64,000 bases of DNA from Andalucia godoyi And28. Its lineage: Eukaryota; Protista; Jakobida. The position numbers and the translations under genes were made by a program. Shown here one piece after another: positions 51,175 to 61,124 of the stretch. The stretch is from NCBI GenBank assembly GCA_009859145.1, contig VRVR01000002.1:1-64000 (forward strand), given 5' to 3'. The notes below the pieces were generated by a model. That model did not search any database. It was not told the DNA's origin and was given only the letters and a program-made list of their open reading frames with translations. The stretch's first letter is position 1. Each line of letters starts with the position of its first letter.

Positions 51175-54100
51175 ATGCAGAAGCCAGGAGGCGAGGAGTT
51201 TCCGTCTCCAATTCGCGGTCAGTCTATCGCTGCCTCGAGCGATGCGAACCCAAATGACGGGTCATTTGACTTTTCAAAGTATACTGCGCCAACGACTGCC
51301 GAGCGGAAGTTACGAAAGTCCGGAATCAATCGGAAGCACAGACCAACTCCAAAGAAAATCACACTGGAATTGGATGAAGAGCTGGGTTCATCGGAGGACT
51401 CCGAATCGCAGGTGTCCGAAGTATCGTCGTCGGCAAGCTCTCGAGGGTTAGAGCCTCGGAGACGGATGTCGATGCAGTCTGCGAGGGCCGGCACAGGGGA
51501 TGCGCTGGAGGAGGAAAATGAAGGAGACATTGTGCATGCGAATGCATCGGACTTGATCAAGGCAGCAAGAGCATTGAGGAAAAAGAGAGAAGCGATGAAG
51601 ACACAGGAATTGGAGCTTGAGATTCAAAAAGATGGGATTGAGGAACGCGAGACTGCGTTGGAGTATTCGTCAAATCAGCTCAAGAAGGAGAGAAGAACTC
51701 TGGAGTTGCAGAAGCAGGAATTTCTGGAAATGGAAAAGAGGTTGCGGACCCAAGAAAGGGAGCAAAGTCTGTTGGCGAAGCAGCTATCCACCGAGTCATT
51801 TGCAGAGATGGAGGCCAGAACGCGGGAGTTGGAAACCCGCGAGAAGGCTCTGAGTGAAAAGCTGCTGGCCATCCAAAGGCAGCAAGTCGATTTGGACAGC
51901 AGACAGCAAATTCTGGATCAGCAGGCTGACGTCTTGGCTGCCCAATCCCAAGAAGCAATATCGTTTGATGAGTACCGACGACAGCTGCGAGAAAAGGAGA
52001 ACGAGATCAGGAAGCTGAAATCCAAGACAACGGAACTGACAGGCCTCGAGAGAGATGTCGAGAAGAAGATCAAGGGCTTGGAGCGAATGGAGCGACAGTT
52101 GCAAGAACAGGCCAAGAGCATGGAATCCCGTGAGGCCTCTTTGCGCGATCGTGAGTCCAGAGCAGCAGATGTTGATGCGCGTGAGAAGTCCATCTACAAT
52201 TTGCAAAAGGCACAACAGGAAGAACGGTCCAGAATGGAGATGCAGCGACGAGATTTGGACGCTCTCGCCCAGGATTTGGATCGAGAGCGAACAAGACTGC
52301 AGACGCAAGCAAAGGACATCCAAACGACATCGGAATCGATCGCAAACGAACGCAGAGTCTTACAAAACGAAAGTGCAATGATTGCTCGTGAGAGAGCTTC
52401 ATTAGCGGAAGAACAAAAGATCGTCAGACAATCGCAAGAGGAGGTTCGCAGGGTTCGAAGGGACCTGGCGGACATGGCTGCGGATTTGCAGAAGCGCGAG
52501 AAAGGCGTCCGAGATGATTTAGAAAAGCTGCTGTTGGAGCAGGAACGAAATGAGAAGAATGAATCCAGGATAGAAGCGCAGATTGATCATCTGGAATCAT
52601 TACGAAAGGAAGTGGAAGACGGTCGCAAGATTCTAGACGAGCATACTGCTCGGTGGAACAGTGAGCAGGAGGCGATGAAGGCGGAATCTGCAGAACTTCT
52701 GCAATTAAGAGCCGAAGTTCAGAGAGAGTTAGCGGAGGTCGAAGGCGGTCGCGATGATCTGAACAAACGGCATGCACAATGCGCTTTGCTTGAAGAGAAC
52801 CTTCGAGTCCAGGAACGCACGCTGAAAGACTTGAAGACTCGTGTGGACGATATGCATGCACGTGTTTCGTTCGATTCGCAAGAAATTGCTTCACGGCAAG
52901 CGGACTTGGACGGGCGTGAGCAGTACGTTCTCGAAAAGGAATCACGGCTTCGCAATCTCGAAGAACGAGAACAGCAGATTCGTATTCTGGAGCATTCGAT
53001 GGAGGAGCGATCGAGAGAAGTGAGCAGTGCTGAGGATCGCCTCATCAAGTGGCAGACGGAGCTGACGCAACGAGAGCGCAAACTCGTGGATAGTGAGCGC
53101 ATCGCAACGTCGGTGGAGGCTGAATTGCAGAAACGACAGAGAGAGCTGTTGTCGCACCACGGCGAACTCAAGAAACTGCAAGAATACTTGGAGCGCGAAC
53201 GCCGGATGGTTGACCAAAAACAGCACGATTTGGAAGCTCGAGAATCGCAAATCATGACCAGTCGACAGAACCTGCGTCAAGAGGAGCAACGGATGGGATC
53301 GATGAGGGAGGAGTACGAGCGACTTTTGGAGACCAAAAGAGCTCTCGGAGAAAAGGAAAATGTGCTCCGGGAGCGGGAGGAAAGAGTCCGAGATCTGGAA
53401 GCCCGCGAGCGCACAATTCAGGAGAAGACGAGCGTGTTGTCCCGGCGTGAGACGGAGATTGCGGACTCCGAATCGCACATCTTCCGAGTCAGAAAAGAAG
53501 TGGAAGAGAAATCGAAGAGCTTGGTGGAACAACAACGGAAGGTTGAGGACGACGCATCTCAGATTGCGAAAGAGCGACGGGAACTGGACGAGGCACTGGC
53601 CCATGTTGGAGAAGTCGAGGCTCGTTTGGCACAGCTCCAAATCGATCTCGATCGACAGAAACGCGATCTTTCTGAGAAGGAGCTGCATGTCAAAGAACGA
53701 GAGAAGCTTGCCGAACAGTCGATTTCGTCGTACAAGACGCTGAAGTCCGCAACAGAATCCGAGAGAGCTGCACTCGATGTTGAGCGCCAGCGAATGTCTC
53801 TTGGAGCAAGCCTTGTTGCCAATTCTACTTCAGTCCGCTCCGGTCGAACGTCTCCTGAGCGATTCGACTCTGTCGTGCAGAGCTTCCAATCAGTGAGTTC
53901 TACTCCCAGTCGTATGGGTCCTCCAAGCGCTATATCTCCACGGACTGCCGCGTCTTCCATGATACTGCCTCCTCCCAGTCGCACAAACCCTGTCAGCCAA
54001 CAGCAGCAACCGTCGTCGAGGCTCCATTCGCAACGGAGCATCGACGCGGAACTTGCTGCAGCGCTCGGATCCGATCGTCCGTCGTTCAGTTCGTCGTATG

Positions 54101-54465
54101 GCACGTCGTCGTCACTGGATGCCGTTTCAGAAAACCTTCGTCGCCTTGAACAAGATTTGCAACGTCTTGGCGGCCCGCTTGGCGTATCGGCATCTTCTTC
54201 CATCGTTTCTGGAAGCAAGGATGGTTCCGGTTCCTCGACGATTGTTTCGCAGTTTTCAAACTCTTCTTCTTCTTCTTCTTCGTTTTCTTCCTATCTTGAT
54301 GGACCGCTGGGGAATAATAACAGCTCAGCTAACATTCCTCAATCGGATTCTTCACCAGAACGCAGCACCCGTCCAACCAGCCGCGAGGCGAATCGTGGCT
54401 CCGGCATCGGCCAGCGAAAGCTGGAATATGACAAGCCGCCTCGAGCGCCGCCCACTGCAAGCTAA
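51175..54465 (+). CDS. Large coiled-coil protein with Ser-rich C-terminus, unknown function
   Basis: 1096-aa ORF, E/R/K-rich heptads; no recognisable catalytic motif. Confidence 0.85.
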   Translation: MQKPGGEEFPSPIRGQSIAASSDANPNDGSFDFSKYTAPTTAERKLRKSGINRKHRPTPKKITLELDEELGSSEDSESQVSEVSSSASSRGLEPRRRMSMQSARAGTGDALEEENEGDIVHANASDLIKAARALRKKREAMKTQELELEIQKDGIEERETALEYSSNQLKKERRTLELQKQEFLEMEKRLRTQEREQSLLAKQLSTESFAEMEARTRELETREKALSEKLLAIQRQQVDLDSRQQILDQQADVLAAQSQEAISFDEYRRQLREKENEIRKLKSKTTELTGLERDVEKKIKGLERMERQLQEQAKSMESREASLRDRESRAADVDAREKSIYNLQKAQQEERSRMEMQRRDLDALAQDLDRERTRLQTQAKDIQTTSESIANERRVLQNESAMIARERASLAEEQKIVRQSQEEVRRVRRDLADMAADLQKREKGVRDDLEKLLLEQERNEKNESRIEAQIDHLESLRKEVEDGRKILDEHTARWNSEQEAMKAESAELLQLRAEVQRELAEVEGGRDDLNKRHAQCALLEENLRVQERTLKDLKTRVDDMHARVSFDSQEIASRQADLDGREQYVLEKESRLRNLEEREQQIRILEHSMEERSREVSSAEDRLIKWQTELTQRERKLVDSERIATSVEAELQKRQRELLSHHGELKKLQEYLERERRMVDQKQHDLEARESQIMTSRQNLRQEEQRMGSMREEYERLLETKRALGEKENVLREREERVRDLEARERTIQEKTSVLSRRETEIADSESHIFRVRKEVEEKSKSLVEQQRKVEDDASQIAKERRELDEALAHVGEVEARLAQLQIDLDRQKRDLSEKELHVKEREKLAEQSISSYKTLKSATESERAALDVERQRMSLGASLVANSTSVRSGRTSPERFDSVVQSFQSVSSTPSRMGPPSAISPRTAASSMILPPPSRTNPVSQQQQPSSRLHSQRSIDAELAAALGSDRPSFSSSYGTSSSLDAVSENLRRLEQDLQRLGGPLGVSASSSIVSGSKDGSGSSTIVSQFSNSSSSSSSFSSYLDGPLGNNNSSANIPQSDSSPERSTRPTSREANRGSGIGQRKLEYDKPPRAPPTAS

Positions 54466-54616
54466 GCAATGTCCAGCGAGCCCATCCAGACAGGAAGAAG
54501 AGTGACAACAACAAGAAAGAAAACAATGTGTAAAGTTTATGAAAGCATTTGAAAGAAACACGTGGCAGCCTTCATTTCGTACCGACTCTCTTACCCTGTG
54601 CGTTTTGTTTGTTGGG

Positions 54617-54655
<39 letters not shown>

Positions 54656-54690
54656 GATTTATCGTGACTGGCGATGTTGGAAAACAGGCA

Positions 54691-54921
54691 TCATCTCTTT
54701 GCATCAATGGTTCGCGAAGCATCGATCCGTTCATAAGCAATTTCGTCCATGAGCTCATCAATCTTTTCTTGGATAAAATCGACGTCCTTTTCCGCAACAA
54801 GCAAATGCAAACTGTCAAATTCGCAGATTATGAACCTGCGCACATGCACATTCAGATTCTTCAAGAACATGCATATTGCTTCATCCATGCATTTGATTAA
54901 GACGCCTCGTGATTCACGCAT
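54691..54921 (-). CDS. GTF2H5: TFIIH subunit p8/Tfb5
   Basis: RGVLIKC...FLKNL...FIICEFDSLHLLV...IQEKIDELMDEIAY matches Tfb5. The 5' end is ambiguous (see findings). Confidence 0.85.
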   Translation of the reverse strand: MRESRGVLIKCMDEAICMFLKNLNVHVRRFIICEFDSLHLLVAEKDVDFIQEKIDELMDEIAYERIDASRTIDAKR

Positions 54922-55143
54922 TCCCCACACCGTACGTCAGCCCGCACCAGCCAAGAAGAAGAAGAACAAGCCGAAGACGACAAAGATGATGAAAAGATGA
55001 AGATATTTGCAGTTCCAAGACGCGCGCATACTCGGAATGCTCTTTTACAAACTGTGCACATGACTTGAGGTCCTTTGAGGACTCCCAAGTCACGAAATAG
55101 CGACTCCTGCTTCTCTTTTCGTTTCATGCAAACGATTTCCGTT

Positions 55144-55747
55144 CGCTAAAACATGAATCATTATTGTTGATAATCGGCTAAGCTATCGCAGAAGACAGAT
55201 CCAAAGTCACGTGTTTTTTTGATTTTTTATTGGGGGCGTGCACCAGCTCTTCAATGCAGTCAAAGGGTCATCGCAGCCAGCAAACTCCCAACCGACCCAG
55301 CATTCAAACGTTGGAGGAAACAGAATGTGGTCGGCGGCGCTGCACATCGCACCTGAGGACGCTTTTGCCTTTGCTCCTTCTTGTTCTCTGACTTGGAAAA
55401 AGCCCATTCCGAACGCACTCGATCACATCTTTTTGTGATTTGATCATCCGCAGCTTGCTCAGCAAGGTGCGACGAGAGGGGGGATCAACGGGTTTCTTGG
55501 TTCCCCGTGTCTTCAGGCATGGCCGGATCTGATCTTGTCGGGAAGTTCCCTCTCTGGAGCCATGCGATGTGTTTTGTCTTTGTCACTGATGAAAGATGCT
55601 GCTTGAGGGTTTTGATTATATATATGAGAAACAAACAGAAAATAACAGAAAGGAGAAGAAATGAGTGCAGAATGAGAGAAATTCTGGACTTGACTACGGT
55701 ACGAAAATCGTATTGTTTTGATGTTCACCGTTCATACACAAAGCTGT
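55144..55747 (+). repeat. Family B dispersed element, copy B4 (long form, both ends)
   Basis: Nearly identical to B3; terminal TACACAAAGCTGT shared with B1 and B2. Confidence 0.92.
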
Positions 55748-55826
55748 CAGCTTGCTTTGTCCTTTAAAATTAATTATTTTATCTTTAAATTTTGTTTTTC
55801 TCGTTGCTGTTGAGGTGCTGAGCGGA

Positions 55827-58352
55827 ATGCGAGATCGGGTGATAGTGTGGGTGGTGTTGGTACTTGCGCTTCTGTGTCGTGCAGTCAGCGCGAGTGGTCC
55901 TGTGTATGTGCTCTCGAATGTGCATGATACGCCGCAAGGGCAGGAAGGCTCGCTGACGCTGCAAGATGGAACAGTTGGGCCCTATGGATCGGATATCCCG
56001 AATCTCAAGCTTTCCGTGATGTTTGAAACGGAAAATCGACTGCACATCAAGATCACGGATGCAGATCATGCAAGATGGGAAGTCCCGCTTGTGGCACAAC
56101 CGACTTCTTTCTTGGGTCCGAACAAGAATGAACAAGCAAACTACGACATTTCTCTTCAAAACAATCCGTTTTCTTTCAAGGTGACGAGAAAAGCGGACAA
56201 TGCTGTCATATTCGACACGGCAAATATGCCATTTGTGTTTGAAGATCAGTATATTTCGTTCGGCTCGTGGATGCCGCAGAATGCAAATGTCTATGGTCTC
56301 GGAGAGAGGGTGCATCCATTCCGATTGGATCCGTCTGGAAAGACGTACTCGATCTTCACGGTCGACAGAGGCACTGCTGTGGACAGGAACCTCTATGGTG
56401 CGCACCCGTTCTATACAGAGTTCCGAAACGGAAATGCCCACGGTGTCTTCTTTTTGAATTCCAATGCAATGGACGTGTTGCTGAACCCGGGGGCTATAGA
56501 GTTCCGCACCATCGGCGGTGTTGTGGACTTGTACTTCTTCATGGGCCCGCAGCCCGAGTCGGTTATTCAGCAATACCAGGAAATCATTGGGAAGCCAGTG
56601 CTCATCCCGGCGTGGTCACTCGGAAATTCTCAGTGTCGCTGGGGATATGCAACGATCGACGACGTGGAGCACGTCATCGGGAACTACTCTGCGCATAATC
56701 TGCCACTGTCTGTGATGTGGTCGGACATTGATTACATGAATGGATATCGCGATTTTACTACAGATCCCGTTCGATACCCCGTCCCGCGCGTGCAGCAGAT
56801 GATCAACCAATTGCATTCGCAAGGAAAGGAGTACGTTGTCATCATTGACCCAGGCATCAAGGTGGAGCAGGGCTATCCTGCGTATGACCAGGGGCTGCAA
56901 GACGGCATTTTCATCCTGGAGCCCAATACCACGAACCCGATCCTCGGGCAAGTTTGGCCTGGAATCACTGCCTTCCCTGACTTTTTGACTCAAAAGGGAC
57001 GAGCATACTGGAAGAACCAAATCCAGAGCTTCCTTTCACAAGTCCCTGTTTCTGGACTGTGGATTGACATGAACGAGCTGATTTCGTTTTTGGATACGCC
57101 TTGCTCCGGAAAGATAGGGAGCTTTGATCCGGACAACCCACCGTATGTTCCAGGTCCCGATCCTTTAGACCTTCGAACCGTTTGCATGTCCTCGCGAACA
57201 ATGGATGCGACGCAGATCTCATACAACACGCACTCGCTGTACGGGTTTTCGGAGAGCATCGCAACCCACGATGCCCTTGCCGCCCTGAAGAATTCTCGTC
57301 CATTTGTTCTTAGTCGCTCGACGTTCTCCGGCTCTGGCCACTACAGTGCACACTGGCTTGGTGACAATGATGCCACGTTCGATGCCCTTGCGCAGTCGAT
57401 CCCTGGCATCTTGAACTTCAATATCTTTGGTGTTCCGATGGTTGGTGCTGATATCTGTGGGTTCAATGGCCCCACAAATCCCGAGTTGTGCACTCGCTGG
57501 ATTCAGCTTGGTACGTTCTACACCTTCATGCGCATGCACAACGCCATCAGCGAAGGCCCCAAAGAGCCGTACGCCCTTGGCCCTCAAGTCCTCACTGCTG
57601 CCCAGCGCATGTTTAATGTCCGTATGAGTATGCTTCCGTACCTGTACACACAGATGTTCCGAGTGCATGCATCTGGTGGCACTGTCTTGCGAGCCATGTG
57701 GTTTGAGTTTCCGTCCGATGCGAGCGACCAATTGGCGTACATGGATCAGCAGTTCATGTTTGGACCGTCGATTCTCGTTGCCCCGGTTCTCACACAAGGA
57801 GATGTTACGAAGAGTCTGTACCTTCCTTCGGGTGTCTGGTACGATTTTTGGACTGGTGCTCCAACAGTCTCCACCGGACAGTGGTTCACAGTGGTTGCAC
57901 CGATTCAGTCCATTCCAGTGTATGCGCGCGGAGGGCACATTGTTCCGAAGCAACAGCCTGCAATGTCGGCGCGACTTACGTACAAGAACCCGTACGATCT
58001 TGTGGTCGCCCTTGATGCGTCGGGGAATGCAGACGGCGAGCTTTATGTTGACGATGGTGATTCCTTGCAAACGTTGCAAAATGGGAAGTACACCCATGTT
58101 GCGTTCCAGAGCACGTCGTCCGCATCCAGCGGGACGTTTTCCGCCAGCATTGACAAGCAAGGCTTCGACGTTTCATCATTGTTCATCCAGTCCGTCACCT
58201 TCCTTGGAGCTGCATGCCCCTCCGGATCGCCCAAAGCAGTTGTGAATGGAAAATCGGTGGCCGCAACGTACTCCGCCGACGTCAAAACGCTCTCTCTCAC
58301 CGGCCTCAATGCTCCTCTTGCAAAATCGGTAGCCGCTAAATGGAGCTGCTAA
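55827..58352 (+). CDS. Secreted/lysosomal GH31 alpha-glucosidase
   Basis: Signal peptide MRDRVIVWVVLVLALLCRAVSA; WSDIDYM, nucleophile WIDMNE, acid/base HWLGDN, GADICGF. Confidence 0.96.
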   Translation: MRDRVIVWVVLVLALLCRAVSASGPVYVLSNVHDTPQGQEGSLTLQDGTVGPYGSDIPNLKLSVMFETENRLHIKITDADHARWEVPLVAQPTSFLGPNKNEQANYDISLQNNPFSFKVTRKADNAVIFDTANMPFVFEDQYISFGSWMPQNANVYGLGERVHPFRLDPSGKTYSIFTVDRGTAVDRNLYGAHPFYTEFRNGNAHGVFFLNSNAMDVLLNPGAIEFRTIGGVVDLYFFMGPQPESVIQQYQEIIGKPVLIPAWSLGNSQCRWGYATIDDVEHVIGNYSAHNLPLSVMWSDIDYMNGYRDFTTDPVRYPVPRVQQMINQLHSQGKEYVVIIDPGIKVEQGYPAYDQGLQDGIFILEPNTTNPILGQVWPGITAFPDFLTQKGRAYWKNQIQSFLSQVPVSGLWIDMNELISFLDTPCSGKIGSFDPDNPPYVPGPDPLDLRTVCMSSRTMDATQISYNTHSLYGFSESIATHDALAALKNSRPFVLSRSTFSGSGHYSAHWLGDNDATFDALAQSIPGILNFNIFGVPMVGADICGFNGPTNPELCTRWIQLGTFYTFMRMHNAISEGPKEPYALGPQVLTAAQRMFNVRMSMLPYLYTQMFRVHASGGTVLRAMWFEFPSDASDQLAYMDQQFMFGPSILVAPVLTQGDVTKSLYLPSGVWYDFWTGAPTVSTGQWFTVVAPIQSIPVYARGGHIVPKQQPAMSARLTYKNPYDLVVALDASGNADGELYVDDGDSLQTLQNGKYTHVAFQSTSSASSGTFSASIDKQGFDVSSLFIQSVTFLGAACPSGSPKAVVNGKSVAATYSADVKTLSLTGLNAPLAKSVAAKWSC

Positions 58353-58647
58353 CTTTAAAAACTGTTTTTTCTTCCTGTCTCCCCCTGTTTCCCTGTTTCT
58401 TTGCTTGTCGCTGTTCTGCGGTCTGCACTATCCTTGCCATCCCCATTGACATTTCTGAGGCCGCAGGCGTGCACCACAGAGCCATCGAGGCACCGACGAG
58501 CGTCGGAGAGAGGGGTCGGGCACTTTCCTGCCAGTCTCAAAACTCGTTTTTGCATGCAATCTTTCAGCTGGCGGCGAAGGACGAAGGATCCTGGAACCCA
58601 TCTAAGGTTTTCCTTCAAAGAACGGCTAGGTCGGCAAACACGGCAGA

Positions 58648-59301
58648 ATGAGTGAATATTGGATTGTGGATTTTCAAGGAGAAGGAGCGCTCTTGGAGTC
58701 GTGTCTTCATCTTCGCAAAGCCGTCTTTTGCGATGAACAGAATGTCCCGATCGACGAAGAAGTGGATGGGCTGGACGACACTTCGCACCACTATGCGATC
58801 TTCCGATGTGAACTGCCCCCGCAGCAATCTCGGGGATCCGCCAGCACCCCCAAGAAACTCCAATTGCGGGAAGTATCCAGAGTCATGACGGCACCGGAGC
58901 TGTGCGCCCAGTATTCGGCGGCACAGCGTAATGCGTCAATTGTGGCGACGTGTCGCACACGGGTTGCAAAAGAGGAGGACCCGAGGGTCGCGGATGCTGT
59001 GAAGAAGGGGAAAGCCAAGATTCAGCGCGTGGCAGTTCGAATGGACCATCGAAACCGTGGAATTGGAAAGTGTCTGATGGACTATGTCCTCGAACAGCTG
59101 AGGGCGATTGGGCAGCCAGATGGACCCATCGCCGTTGTCGTGCTTGGGGCACAGGCACATGCAATTCCTTTCTATGAGCATCTTGGATTTACTGTCTACA
59201 GCGATCTCTACTTGGACGCAGGCATCGAACACAAGGATATGAAAATGTACCTTCACAGCACCTCCGATTCGAATCACCAACCGCATGATCATTCGTCGTA
59301 A
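58648..59301 (+). CDS. GNAT acetyltransferase (ElaA/YjcF-like)
   Basis: LRKAVFCDEQNVP..EE.DGLD, IQRVAV...RNRGIG, AQAHAIPFYEHLGF, AGIEHKDM. Confidence 0.9.
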   Translation: MSEYWIVDFQGEGALLESCLHLRKAVFCDEQNVPIDEEVDGLDDTSHHYAIFRCELPPQQSRGSASTPKKLQLREVSRVMTAPELCAQYSAAQRNASIVATCRTRVAKEEDPRVADAVKKGKAKIQRVAVRMDHRNRGIGKCLMDYVLEQLRAIGQPDGPIAVVVLGAQAHAIPFYEHLGFTVYSDLYLDAGIEHKDMKMYLHSTSDSNHQPHDHSS

Positions 59302-59835
59302 TAAACTCTAAAAACACGGGACACCTTGACTCGTGTGTCGTCGCTCATGTTTATCTGCTATTGTTCACTCTGGGATGTGCAGAGGGTGTTGCTATCTGCA
59401 CCTCTGCGCAGCGACCATCGGACTGCAAAAGTTGTCTGGACCACGTAACAGCTCGGATCACACCCGCTGTTGCTCCTCAGGCTGCTGAGTGTATGTAGAG
59501 GATCACCGATCAAATTCTTCGCGGTCCGCACACTGCACGCTTAAGGAACGAGAATTACAACTCAACTTCCGAGTTCAGTTCAGCGTTTCGGAAATCGAGT
59601 TTGGCAGTCCGAAATTGAGCTGAGCAGCCTTTGGCAGATTTCACTGTGCTTGCTGTTGGGTTTTCCTTTCTGTTGTTTCTTTCATTCTTTCTATATATTT
59701 TTTTTTTCCTTCTCTTTCTCTCACTTTGGCTGTTTTCTTTTAAATGGCATTTCAAAAAACAAAAATTGCATTTTTCTGTGTACACAGGGGTTACTAAACT
59801 TTTTGCTGATTGATTATTGAAGGGGCGCAAAGTGT

Positions 59836-59874
<39 letters not shown>
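59836..59874. repeat. (GA)n tract abutting the Mpv17-family ATG
   Basis: Directly visible. Confidence 0.9.
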
Positions 59875-60873
59875 ATGCTTGCGTGGGGAGCTTCGTTTGG
59901 CAAGCGTGTGATGTCGTCGCCGTCATGGCTGTGGTACATGCAGCAGCTTGAGGATCGTCCGATTCTAGTGAAGGCGACAACGACGTCCATTGCGTACGGG
60001 ATGTCCAATGCGATTGTGCAGACATACTATCTTTCCAAGGGCGAAAAACACGAATTTTCGTTGCGAGAAATGGCGGTGAATGCTGGCATTGGGTTCGCGG
60101 CCGGCGCGGCCTTCCACGGATGGTACGGATATCTGGATCTGCTTCCTGTTCGTATTATGCATGCGTGGCACAAGGTGAAGATCCGTGGAATGTACTCGTT
60201 TGCAGCAAATCTCGGGTTTATGAATAATTCGTCGTTCCAGACGGTGTACCAGGAAATGGTGAAGACACAGATCACTCCAAGACTCATGGGCAAGAAGGCG
60301 TACATGGCGACAAAGTTGATTGCAGATGAGCTGGTGTTTTCATCGCTGTTTCTCTGCTTTTACTACTCGGTCCTCACATCTGCAATGGGCGGATCGCTGC
60401 AGGATGCAAAGGAAAAGGTCTTTGACAAGTTTGGTGCGGCCTATGTGACCGACATGGCCATCTTCTTGCCGCTCCAGTTCTTGAATTTCAAATACGTGCC
60501 GGTTATGCTGCAGCCGCTCGTGGTGACTCTCGGTAACTTCTTCTTCTCCACAGCTCTCAACATCATTGGACATGACGGTCCGCACGAGAAGGCAAAGAAA
60601 CCTGTCGTCTGCTCGTGCTGCGGACGTCCATTCGAGGATTCCCCAGTCTCCGCTATCGTCGCACCAGCTGCGCCGTCGTCTGTCTTGATTGCGCCACTCG
60701 TCGCTAAGCCAGCACATGATCAACCGGCGCCCAAGTCGGTCGTCGATGTGTTGATTGCACCACCAACGGAGCAGAGTTCCCAGCCCCATAATGCTGTGGT
60801 GGTGGCCCATGCTGTTCCGGCAGAGGTAGTGCAGGAGGAACTGGCAGTTGCGAGTGCCAGTCAGCAGCAATAA
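59875..60873 (+). CDS. Mpv17/PMP22 family membrane protein
   Basis: WYMQQLEDRPILVKATT, FHGWYGYLD, KLIADELVFS, PLQFLNFKYVP; low-complexity tail. Confidence 0.9.
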   Translation: MLAWGASFGKRVMSSPSWLWYMQQLEDRPILVKATTTSIAYGMSNAIVQTYYLSKGEKHEFSLREMAVNAGIGFAAGAAFHGWYGYLDLLPVRIMHAWHKVKIRGMYSFAANLGFMNNSSFQTVYQEMVKTQITPRLMGKKAYMATKLIADELVFSSLFLCFYYSVLTSAMGGSLQDAKEKVFDKFGAAYVTDMAIFLPLQFLNFKYVPVMLQPLVVTLGNFFFSTALNIIGHDGPHEKAKKPVVCSCCGRPFEDSPVSAIVAPAAPSSVLIAPLVAKPAHDQPAPKSVVDVLIAPPTEQSSQPHNAVVVAHAVPAEVVQEELAVASASQQQ

Positions 60874-61124
60874 TGGCAAGGTACAATTTGGAGAAACAAA
60901 TACGCTCGCGTTGATGTTTTTCTTTCTCTTTCTATTTTAAAACTTAGACTTTGCAATTCCCGCTGAACGAAATATAGATTTGTTTTATGTTTGTTGTTGT
61001 TGTTGTTGTTGTTGTTCTTTACCAACACGATTTCCGGGTTCGTTGTCCGGAAGGAAGTAAGCATTAATTGTGTTTTTTAAATTTTAAATTTACTTATTTT
61101 TATTTGAAAAGAAGAAAAAACACA

